A stretch of 64,000 bases of DNA from an uncultured Candidatus Saccharibacteria bacterium (GCA_964479005.1 CAYZJA010000002.1:64001-128000); one strand, 5' to 3'. Shown: positions 19,353-26,762, counted from the stretch's first letter. Program-made: numbers and translations. Notes: generated from the letters alone by a model not told the origin.

Positions 19353-20618
19353 TTAATCTTCTTTAATAATTTGTTTTGTTTTTTCTGTTTTTCTTTTGTC
19401 TTTTGTTTTATCAAGCTTCTTTTCTTCTTTGGTGTCAGCTACTCCTCCTTCTATTGTTTCTTCTGGCGCAAGAGCAGAGCGAATATCGATTTTCCAGCCA
19501 GTAAGTTTTGCCGCTAAACGAACATTCTGACCATTTTTACCAATAGCTAAAGAAATTTGATCAGGAGGAACGAATACTCTTACTTCTCTTTTCTCGGAAA
19601 TAATTTCGGCTTCTTTAATTTTTGCTGGACCTAAAGCAGACGCAACATATCTAGTTGGTTCTTCAGAATAAGGAATAATATCTATTTTTTCACCGTTTAA
19701 TTCGTCAATAATAGTTGTTACCCGTGTTCCTTTTTGCCCAACGCAAGCGCCTACTGGATCTACGTTTTCATCTTTGGAATCTACAGCGATTTTTGTTCGA
19801 TTTCCCGGTTCACGGGCGATAGATTTTATTTCTACTACTCCCTCACTTATTTCAGGAACTTCCATTTCAAAAAGATAAGAGACAAATTTTGGATGACAAC
19901 GGGAGAGCAGAATTATCGGTCCTCGCCCTTTTTCTTCTAATCGAAGAATATAGAATTTTTTTCTTTCCCCTGCTTGGTAATGTTCGCCTGGTATTCCCTC
20001 ATTGGCATAGAGGACGCCAAATGTTTTTCCTAGATCAACATAGATATTTTTTCTCTCTATTCTTTGGATGATTCCGCTTACTACCATTCCTTCTTTTTCT
20101 TTAAATTCTGAAAGGATTGTTTCTTTTTCTAATTCCTTGAGTTTTTGTAGGATAACTTGTTTGGCAGTTTGGGCAGCTATTCGGCTAAAATCGCTTTTTA
20201 CATCTAAAGGAGTAACTATTTCTTCATCGATTTTAACATTTGATTTTGTCTTTTTCGCTTCTTCTAAAAAGATATGCCTTTCAGGATTAAATTTGATTTT
20301 TCGATTCTCATCTTCATCAACTTCGTTTTCATTTTTCTTCCCCCCACTTTTTTTTGTTGAATCAATTTTTTCTTCTTTTTCTTCCTCCTCTTCAGCAATA
20401 ACAGAAGATTTATCAACAACAATTTTTACTTGCGAGAATTTTACTTGCCCATCATCAGGATTAATTTCTGCCCGAATAACTTGTGTTTTTTTGCCATATT
20501 CTTTTTTATAAGCAGCAGCAAAAGCGACCTCTAAAGCTTCGAAAACTTTTTGTTCCGAAAGTCCTTTCTCTTCGGCAATCTGACGAATTAATGGTTTTAA
20601 GGTTTTTAGATCTAACAT
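19353..20618 (-). CDS. nusA: transcription termination/antitermination factor NusA (with acidic insertion)
   Basis: N-terminal 'LIRQIAEEKGLSEQKVFEALEVAFAAAYKK', S1 region, and KH motifs 'GACVGQKGTRV' and 'IGKNGQNVRLAAKLTGWKIDI'. Confidence 0.85.
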   Translation of the reverse strand: MLDLKTLKPLIRQIAEEKGLSEQKVFEALEVAFAAAYKKEYGKKTQVIRAEINPDDGQVKFSQVKIVVDKSSVIAEEEEEKEEKIDSTKKSGGKKNENEVDEDENRKIKFNPERHIFLEEAKKTKSNVKIDEEIVTPLDVKSDFSRIAAQTAKQVILQKLKELEKETILSEFKEKEGMVVSGIIQRIERKNIYVDLGKTFGVLYANEGIPGEHYQAGERKKFYILRLEEKGRGPIILLSRCHPKFVSYLFEMEVPEISEGVVEIKSIAREPGNRTKIAVDSKDENVDPVGACVGQKGTRVTTIIDELNGEKIDIIPYSEEPTRYVASALGPAKIKEAEIISEKREVRVFVPPDQISLAIGKNGQNVRLAAKLTGWKIDIRSALAPEETIEGGVADTKEEKKLDKTKDKRKTEKTKQIIKED

Positions 20619-20705
20619 TTTATTTTAAATTAATTTTATTAAGAAAGACCGCCTTTGGGCGATCTCATCGTTACTTTTAGTAGCTTATCTTGTTTTTTCT
20701 GAAAA

Positions 20706-20826
20706 GTCAACCCCGTTAGAGATTTAAGTTAGTTAATTTATTTTCAATGACCATAGCCGAGAGGCGGCTTCGCCTTATGGTTTTTATATTATTGAAAAGC
20801 TGGGTTGAATCTCTAACGGGGTCAAC
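20706..20826. repeat. 16-nt inverted-repeat pair (GTCAACCCCGTTAGAG ... CTCTAACGGGGTCAAC) flanking the divergent nusA/yraN intergenic region
   Basis: Arms at 20706-20721 and 20811-20826; the 5' arm, read on the minus strand, gives GGGG-TTGACT, the -35 for nusA. Confidence 0.55.
20751..20786 (+). terminator. hairpin plus T5 (terminator-like) inside the nusA/yraN intergenic region
   Basis: 'ccatagccgagaggcg-gctt-cgccttatgg-ttttt'. Confidence 0.35.
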
Positions 20827-20876
20827 CCTCCACGCTAAGATTTGTAATTATGGGATAAAAATATTAAAATAAAAGG

Positions 20877-21254
20877 ATGAGGATAGGAAGAATTGGTTCT
20901 TTTGGAGAAGATAAAGCAACAACTTATCTTCAAAATAGCCATTATCAAGTTATACAAAGAAATTTCCAAAGGAAGTGGGGTGAGATTGATATTATTGCAA
21001 AAGATAAAAAAACAAAAGAATTAGTTTTTGTAGAAGTTAAAACAAGACAATTAAATTATGCTTATAGTTTAAACCCAGAAGAGGCATTAACTTCAAAGAA
21101 GGTTCGTCGTTTAAAGCGGGCCTTTTTAAGTTATTTAATTCAATATAATTTAGAAGATAAACCCTGGCGCTTTGATTTTATTGCTATAGAAATAGATAAT
21201 TTTAATTCAGAACCAATAATTCGGCATTATAAAGATATATTTTTACAATTTTAA
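20877..21254 (+). CDS. yraN: YraN-family (UPF0102) endonuclease
   Basis: 'GEIDIIAKD...LVFVEVKTR' core of UPF0102. Confidence 0.7.
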   Translation: MRIGRIGSFGEDKATTYLQNSHYQVIQRNFQRKWGEIDIIAKDKKTKELVFVEVKTRQLNYAYSLNPEEALTSKKVRRLKRAFLSYLIQYNLEDKPWRFDFIAIEIDNFNSEPIIRHYKDIFLQF

Positions 21255-21263
21255 ATTAAATTG

Positions 21264-21467
21264 ACTTTGTGACACGGTAAACATTGTGTGAAACAAAGTG
21301 TGAAACAATATTAACAAAGCCATTTCCTAATTTTAGACTAAAAATCTGGCTTATTTATGGGCAAACCAAGTAATTTAGGCAGCTTTTATCTCTATTAAGC
21401 CAAAACCCTAATTAAAAATAGTTACTTTGTGACACGGTAAACATTGTGTGAAACAAAGCGTGAAACA
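21264..21467. repeat. two 43-nt direct repeats (ACTTTGTGACACGGTAAACATTGTGTGAAACAAAGYGTGAAACA) 116 bp apart
   Basis: Copies at 21264-21307 and 21424-21467, one mismatch; each contains a GTGTGAAACA / GTGAAACA sub-repeat. They lie immediately 3' of the minus-strand tRNA cluster. Confidence 0.7.
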
Positions 21468-21496
21468 CCGTAAAACGGCGTGAAGGAAATTATTTG

Positions 21497-21681
21497 TGGA
21501 CTCAGCGAGAATCGAACTCGCGTCTTCGCAACTTGCCCCCACACCATTATATTAGTGGACCCGAGGGGAATCGAACCCCTATCTCGGCAATGCGAATGCC
21601 GTGTAATACCATTGTACTACGGGCCCGTATTTTATGGTGTGGGGGTAAAAATGCGGTATATTACCACTATACTATGAGCCC
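21497..21681 (-). tRNA. split/intron-containing tRNA whose 5' and 3' halves flank a nested tRNA-Ala (anticodon possibly UUU)
   Basis: 5' half GGGCTCA-TAGTATAGTGGTAATATA-CCGCA (21627-21681). 3' half TGCGA-AGAC-GCGAG-TTCGATT-CTCGC-TGAGTCC-A (21497-21545). The halves have perfectly paired acceptor stems and D/T arms near-identical to tRNA-Gly at 12759. The intervening ~130 nt holds the complete tRNA-Ala flanked by complementary CCCCCACACC/GGTGTGGGGG. Confidence 0.45.
21556..21626 (-). tRNA. tRNA-Ala(CGC)
   Basis: Acceptor GGGCCCG/CGGGTCC with G3:U70, loop TTCGCAT, T-arm AGGGG-TTCGATT-CCCCT; no encoded CCA. Confidence 0.8.
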
Positions 21682-21885
21682 ATTAATTAAATTCACATTA
21701 TTTAAAATTATCTAAAATAGCATAGCAAAGATTTTAGATTTAAACAAATTTAAAGAAATAAAAAAGGAAGAAGAGAGGGGAGGTTCTTGTTCTGTCTTTA
21801 CCCTGAGATTTTACAGAGGAAGTACAATTACCCTTTTAGGAGATAAGTATCTCAACCTTGGCTTCTTCCTTATTTATATTCCCCT

Positions 21886-22083
21886 TTATTTAGATAGAAG
21901 ATCATTAAGCATTTCTTTGATAATCTCTTCACCAAATTCTTTCAATTCTGATAGGGGGATATTAGTGGCTTTGGCCATGTTACCTAACTCTCGTTTCATA
22001 TCTGGTCCGAGTCGCATACCTTCACGATTGAGCCGATACTTCAAGAGAATTAAAGCAATTTCACCTTTTCTTTTTTCATCCAT
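21886..22083 (-). CDS. small hypothetical protein (65 aa)
   Basis: ORF preceded by a perfect 9-bp inverted repeat at 22120-22140. Confidence 0.35.
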   Translation of the reverse strand: MDEKRKGEIALILLKYRLNREGMRLGPDMKRELGNMAKATNIPLSELKEFGEEIIKEMLNDLLSK

Positions 22084-22119
22084 GTTTTTAATTTAGTTAA
22101 ATTAATCGATCTTTATAGA

Positions 22120-22140
22120 ATAGAGTTCTTTGAACTCTAT
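22120..22140. promoter_or_regulatory. perfect palindrome ATAGAGTTC-ttt-GAACTCTAT (operator-like)
   Basis: Lies ~40 bp upstream of the minus-strand small ORF start. Confidence 0.4.
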
Positions 22141-22231
22141 TTGTTCTAAGTATACGTCTATTCTATTATTCTGTCAAGGTGGAAAATAATGATGGCTAAG
22201 GTTATAATCTTAGCCATTAACTAATTAATAG

Positions 22232-22302
22232 TCGGGGAACCGGGACTTGAACCCGGACTAAATCCTCCCAAAGGACTCGTGCTACCATTACACTATCCCC
22301 CG
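22232..22302 (-). tRNA. tRNA-Pro(TGG)
   Basis: Acceptor CGGGGGA/TTCCCCG, loop TTTGGGA, T-arm CCGGG-TTCAAGT-CCCGG. Confidence 0.85.
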
Positions 22303-22317
22303 ATATGTTTTTAACAG

Positions 22318-22391
22318 TGCCCTCGGCAGGACTCGAACCTGCACTCTTGTCCTTAGAAGAGACCTGCTTTATCCAATTAAGCTACGAGGGC
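22318..22391 (-). tRNA. tRNA-Arg(TCT)
   Basis: Acceptor GCCCTCG/CGAGGGC, anticodon loop CTTCTAA, T-arm GCAGG-TTCGAGT-CCTGC. Confidence 0.75.
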
Positions 22392-22534
22392 AATTCTTTT
22401 TGAGCTTATCTTCATTTGAGTTGCAGGGATGTCTGGTTTCTATTTTATCATACTTTTACTTGAAATAAAAGTTTTTTTGATTTATAATAAAGTAAAAGTG
22501 GGGCTTATATTTTAAAGATGAGAATAATGTATAT

Positions 22535-23701
22535 ATGCCCAAAGTAAAATGTAGAGTTTGCAAAAAGATATTCTATATCAAATCCAATTGGCTTAAAAGA
22601 GGATGGGGAAAATATTGTTCGAGGAAATGTCAGTACAAATCCCAATTGAAAGGAAAATTTGTGGTTTGCGCCTATTGCGGTAGAAGGGTATATCGATCAC
22701 TTGCTGAATTGCGCAGAAAATCTAAGGCAGGAGTTTATTTTTGTAATTTATCCTGTCATTGCGCTTGGAAAAATAAACAAAGGAAAAGTAAGGGAAGATT
22801 TAAATTACAAAATTTATGGGGACCGTGGTGTAATAGTAGCACTAGGACCTGTGGCGTCCTCGGTACGGATGCAAATTCCGTCGGTCCCCCATTTTTCTTT
22901 CTAAAATTCTTAAAGCCCAAGAAGAAAAAAAATAATCTTTTATTTCTTAAGCGGCCACCAAAGAAAATTCTTTATCATTTTTATTGGAAAAAGAATTATA
23001 CCCAAACAGAGATAGCTAAAATTTTTAATGCCACCCACACTAGCGTGAAAAGATGGTTTAATTATTATAAAATCATGGTGAAGTACCGAACTCTATCTTG
23101 TGGCCATAATCCCAATATTTTAAGAAATTTAAAATTAGGTCGTACAGATAAAGCTATTAGAAAATCGGCAGAAGCAAGAAGAATTTATTCAAAAGAAAAA
23201 CTTATTGAAAAAATAAAAGAATTTGTACAAAAAGAAGAAAGAATTCCTACAAAGAACGAATTTATTAATAATTCCTCTTATCCAGATTATGTCACTTACA
23301 GGCATTATTTTGGCACTTGGAATAATGCCATCAAGACAGCGGGCTACAAGCCAAATGAACAATGGTTTGCCTCAGGACATTTATTTGCTAAAGATGGGCA
23401 CAAATGTAATTCAATTTCAGAAATAATCATTGACGATTGGTTTTTTGAAAATGATATTTCTCATACGAGAGAGTGTTTATACCCAGAAGGACGATATCGC
23501 TGTGATTTTATGGTTGGCAATACTTTTATTGAATTTTTTGGTTTATTTAATGCTTCCATTGTTAACCCAAGTTATATTGAAATCGTTAAAAGAAAAAAAG
23601 AAATATGTAAGAAATTTAATATTGTCCTCATTGAACTCTATGAGAAGGATCTTTATAAATTAGATCAATCCTTGGGAGCAAAGATTGGATTAAAAGTATA
23701 A
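22535..23701 (+). CDS. composite ORF: 2x zinc-ribbon N-terminus, HTH, 'YRHYFGTWNNAIKTAG' motif and a DUF559/Vsr-like PD-(D/E)xK endonuclease-like C-terminus; contains a tRNA-His-like sequence in-frame
   Basis: N-terminal 'CRVCKK..YCSRKC' and 'CAYCGR..CNLSCHC'. HTH 'YTQTEIAKIFNATHTSVKRW'. C-terminal 'SEIII..RYRCDFMV..IEFFG..KKFNIVLIEL' resembles DUF559. A 388-codon open frame is unusual in AT-rich DNA, but codons 95-119 coincide with a GC-rich tRNA-like cloverleaf, so the true start or boundaries are uncertain. Confidence 0.4.
   Translation: MPKVKCRVCKKIFYIKSNWLKRGWGKYCSRKCQYKSQLKGKFVVCAYCGRRVYRSLAELRRKSKAGVYFCNLSCHCAWKNKQRKSKGRFKLQNLWGPWCNSSTRTCGVLGTDANSVGPPFFFLKFLKPKKKKNNLLFLKRPPKKILYHFYWKKNYTQTEIAKIFNATHTSVKRWFNYYKIMVKYRTLSCGHNPNILRNLKLGRTDKAIRKSAEARRIYSKEKLIEKIKEFVQKEERIPTKNEFINNSSYPDYVTYRHYFGTWNNAIKTAGYKPNEQWFASGHLFAKDGHKCNSISEIIIDDWFFENDISHTRECLYPEGRYRCDFMVGNTFIEFFGLFNASIVNPSYIEIVKRKKEICKKFNIVLIELYEKDLYKLDQSLGAKIGLKV
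22818..22889 (+). tRNA. tRNA-His(GTG)-like cloverleaf with non-canonical D- and T-loops
   Basis: G-1:C73 and acceptor GGGACCG/CGGTCCC. Anticodon stem AGGAC/GTCCT with loop CTGTGGC. T-stem ACGGA/TCCGT with loop TGCAAAT (no TTC). D-loop AATAGTA (no GG). Confidence 0.5.
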
Positions 23702-23791
23702 AAGGCGATAGAGGATTGACCCGCACACCATAACGAATACTAAGTGCCTTTGGCGCTAAGATACGAAGTATGTGCTCGTTTGGTATCAGGG

Positions 23792-23819
23792 TTGACAAAT
23801 TATTTTTCTTTGTTATAAT
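23792..23819 (+). promoter_or_regulatory. consensus promoter TTGACA-N16-TATAAT
   Basis: 'cagggTTGACAaattatttttctttgtTATAATggg'. Confidence 0.55.
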
Positions 23820-23822
23820 GGG

Positions 23823-23888
23823 AATGCTATCGTTTAGAGATATTAAATAGCTTGCTATCTAATTTCAAAAAGCGATAGCATTTTTTTT
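23823..23888 (+). ncRNA. ~60-nt structured transcript (long hairpin with inner stem) ending in T8; sRNA or transcription attenuator candidate
   Basis: 'aatgctatcg...agata..tatct...cgatagcat' followed by tttttttt; begins ~5 nt after the -10 of the consensus promoter. Confidence 0.45.
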
Positions 23889-23957
23889 ACCGCAAAAATA
23901 TGAAGAGTAATCCTTCACATTTTTTAAATTCATAATATTTGGTATAATATAAATATT

Positions 23958-24266
23958 ATGAAAATAGATTGGAACAAAAAAATCGGAATGCAGGAAGAAA
24001 ATTACGGTTTAACGGTATTTGTTGGAGGGTTAATGCAAATAGTTTTTGGATTTAGTTTTGGTTTAATTCCTTTAGCCATTTTTATTATTACAGTAATCGC
24101 TTTTGTTTTAAGTTTGAAACATGACAGATACGAACCTTTTAGAAGAAGAATGAGTTTTATCGGTTTAGGCATTGTGATTACAATGGTTTTACTTTATTTT
24201 GTTTTTGGCTGGGTAGGAATTATTGGGACATTAGTAATGCCAAAATATGTTTCAATGTTAAGGTAA
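23958..24266 (+). CDS. small membrane protein (3 TM)
   Basis: Hydrophobic segments; a terminator hairpin follows at 24280-24310. Confidence 0.45.
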   Translation: MKIDWNKKIGMQEENYGLTVFVGGLMQIVFGFSFGLIPLAIFIITVIAFVLSLKHDRYEPFRRRMSFIGLGIVITMVLLYFVFGWVGIIGTLVMPKYVSMLR

Positions 24267-24279
24267 AGCAGAAATTTAA

Positions 24280-24310
24280 AACAGCCCCGATTTATCGGAG
24301 CTGTTTTTAT
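24280..24310. terminator. bidirectional rho-independent terminator
   Basis: 'acagccccgat-tta-tcggagctgt' stem followed by ttttta. Confidence 0.5.
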
Positions 24311-24321
24311 TAGTTACTTTT

Positions 24322-26448
24322 TTAATCTTTGCGCATAATCTGATGACGTGTATATGCCAACCAAATATCACGAATTTTACTTTCTACTCTAACTAAAGCA
24401 AGCTGTCCTTTAGGATTAAATTTCAGATAATACCAGATTATTAAAGCTGATATTAAGCTGATAATAAGAGATATTAACAAAGTGTTCAAAGGGCCTGTGC
24501 GGATTGTGGCAGCGCCTGCTACTAATCCATAGGTAATTGAAGCGCTATCTGTTATTTTAGTTTCATTGTCTGCTGTTACTTCAGCAGTATTGGTGTAAGT
24601 CAAATAAGTTCCTGAAGAAAGGCTGATAGCTTGGAATACAATTGCTTTACTAGCTCCTCTATAAATTGTTCCTAACGATAATCCGGTGGTAGCAATCGTA
24701 TCTGATTGTACTATGCCATTAATTTTAGTAGTACCAGGCATATAACTAAGTACAGAAGGCATAATATCTTTTAAGCTTACGTTATAAAGATCTTTATTAT
24801 TGCCAGCAGTTATAGTTAAGTGGAATTCAATTACATCGCCTTCAGTAACACGAATAACTTTTGAATATACTCTATCCCCAGAAGAAAGATTTCTTCCTAA
24901 TTTTGTCAAATTAAGGTTAGTGCTTATAGAAGTTACGTAGATCGTAACAGAGCGTGTGATTTGTCCGCCACTACCATAACAAGTTAAGCGATACGTTGTA
25001 TCAGAATTGGGAGAAGTAGATTCATATCCACTAGTTGATTTACTTCCGCTCCATCCATTAGAAGCAGTACAGTAGTTAGCATTAGTGGAGGTCCAGCGAA
25101 GATATGTAGATTCTCCTTGAGTAATCGTATATTTATCTGCCCAGAGATTAAGTGTAGGGGTATTAGTGTATTGTCCACTGACATTTACACTACAAGAAGT
25201 ACTTGCGCTTCTATTTTGTGAATCATGAACAGTTAAATAAGCTGTGTAATTACCATATGAACTAAAACTTTTTTGACTATATGAAGTACTACCATAAGTT
25301 GCCCCAGACCAATAATATGAATAATTTCCTGAACCACCAGAAATATTACTAGAAAAAGTAACTGTTTGGTCCGTTTGGGCTGGATTAGGGGAGGCAGAAC
25401 AAGAAACAGATAGAGATTGATTTGTTTGTTGACAAGCATTAGCACAATCATTATATGAAATATAAGAGCCAGAAGTTGTTTGATAACATTGATGGGTAGA
25501 ATAATTACAAGAATATCTTGTTTGGGCAATGCAGTTATTTTGGCAATTATTTAAAGAAGTGTAAGGACCAGAAGTTGATTGATAACATTGCCATGTAGAA
25601 GTATTGCATGCATATCTAGTTATGGGTGTTTGGCAAGCATTTGCACAATCATTTAAATTAGCATAAGCCCCATTAGTAGCTACATAACATTGATAAGTAT
25701 TTGTATTACAGGAATATCTTGTTGGTGCAATACAGTTATTTTGACATGTGCTTAAAGAGGTATATTGTCCATTAGAATCTACCACACATTGATAATTAGA
25801 ATTGCAAGTGTATCGAGTTACAGGCGGCTGACAATTAGTTGTGCAATCATTTAAATTAGCATAAGCCCCATTAGTAGCTACATAGCATTGATAAGTATTT
25901 GTATTGCATGAATATCTTGTTGGAGATGGAGGTGCCTGAACATAAACCGTAGCGCTATCAGTGACCGTATCGTAATGGCAGTTACTATTACAAGTGATTG
26001 TAAAAGCAGTAGTTTTAGTAAGATTATTAATAGATTTATTTCCATTAAGAGTTACGCTACCACTCCATTGATAATTATACGGAGAAGCAGATGCAGTACA
26101 GTAATTAGTATTAGAAGAAGTCCAGTGCAAAGTAGCAGAACTATTGTATGGAACAGAAGTCGGGGCAGCAGAAATATTTACTGATGGGGAATGGCAAATA
26201 GTAGTGGTTGTGGTAGGAGGACAGGTTGTTGTAGTGGTGCAAGGAGGTTGTGTAGTTGTAGTTGTGGTAGGGGTAGGATAATGGCAATCAGGATAATGGC
26301 AAGGTGGATAAGTAGTTGTAGTTGGACCCGTAACAATTATAGAAGCATCTACAAAAGATGGACTTATTAATGTAAATAGCAAAATAGCCCCTAAGACAAA
26401 GCTTGGGATTATATATTTTCTAAGAGTTCTATAAAAAAGCTTGTTCAT
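24322..26448 (-). CDS. large secreted Thr/Cys-rich repeat surface protein with C-terminal TM anchor (possible sortase substrate)
   Basis: Signal peptide and poly-Thr linkers (TPTTTTTTQPPCTTTTT). About six tandem copies of a ~34-aa repeat 'RYSCNTNTYQCYVATNGAYANLNDC..NCQ'. C-terminal '..TIRTGPLNTLLISLIISLISALIIWYYLKFNPKG'. Confidence 0.6.
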   Translation of the reverse strand: MNKLFYRTLRKYIIPSFVLGAILLFTLISPSFVDASIIVTGPTTTTYPPCHYPDCHYPTPTTTTTTQPPCTTTTTCPPTTTTTICHSPSVNISAAPTSVPYNSSATLHWTSSNTNYCTASASPYNYQWSGSVTLNGNKSINNLTKTTAFTITCNSNCHYDTVTDSATVYVQAPPSPTRYSCNTNTYQCYVATNGAYANLNDCTTNCQPPVTRYTCNSNYQCVVDSNGQYTSLSTCQNNCIAPTRYSCNTNTYQCYVATNGAYANLNDCANACQTPITRYACNTSTWQCYQSTSGPYTSLNNCQNNCIAQTRYSCNYSTHQCYQTTSGSYISYNDCANACQQTNQSLSVSCSASPNPAQTDQTVTFSSNISGGSGNYSYYWSGATYGSTSYSQKSFSSYGNYTAYLTVHDSQNRSASTSCSVNVSGQYTNTPTLNLWADKYTITQGESTYLRWTSTNANYCTASNGWSGSKSTSGYESTSPNSDTTYRLTCYGSGGQITRSVTIYVTSISTNLNLTKLGRNLSSGDRVYSKVIRVTEGDVIEFHLTITAGNNKDLYNVSLKDIMPSVLSYMPGTTKINGIVQSDTIATTGLSLGTIYRGASKAIVFQAISLSSGTYLTYTNTAEVTADNETKITDSASITYGLVAGAATIRTGPLNTLLISLIISLISALIIWYYLKFNPKGQLALVRVESKIRDIWLAYTRHQIMRKD

Positions 26449-26538
26449 ATTTTTATGTTTTTATTTCTATATTAAAGATTTCCATAATATTATCACATAA
26501 AGATATAACTGTCAAGGAGTAATGGATTTAGCATGGAC

Positions 26539-26566
26539 TTGACAAATCACAAAAATGTAGTATAAT
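26539..26566 (+). promoter_or_regulatory. consensus promoter TTGACA-N16-TATAAT
   Basis: 'gacTTGACAaatcacaaaaatgtagTATAATtta'. Confidence 0.5.
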
Positions 26567-26633
26567 TTAATTAACATCTTAGTATTTTAGCATCATTGAT
26601 AATTTAATAAATGAAAAAAAGGAGATAGATAGA

Positions 26634-26762
26634 ATGAGAATCAAAAAGGCATATCTTTTATTAGTAATTATAGGTTTTGTAATATTGCTAATTGGTTTTT
26701 GTGTTTATGACAAGGGGCCTACAAAAATATATAGAGTTTACGAATTTTCTTTAGAAAGATAA
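26634..26762 (+). CDS. small membrane peptide (42 aa), not in the supplied ORF track
   Basis: Strong RBS 'aaaaaggagatagatagaATG'; 'MRIKKAYLLLVIIGFVILLIGFCVYDKGPTKIYRVYEFSLER'; downstream of the consensus promoter. Confidence 0.3.
   Translation: MRIKKAYLLLVIIGFVILLIGFCVYDKGPTKIYRVYEFSLER

Noticed and set aside
21264-21467. Possibility of a CRISPR array
   Set aside because: Only two repeat copies, 43 nt long with a 116-nt intervening segment, and no cas genes in the window; treated as direct repeats instead.
21480-21715. Two overlapping plus-strand ORFs (65 and 73 aa)
   Set aside because: Antisense to the nested tRNA-Ala / split-tRNA region; artefacts of GC-rich tRNA sequence.
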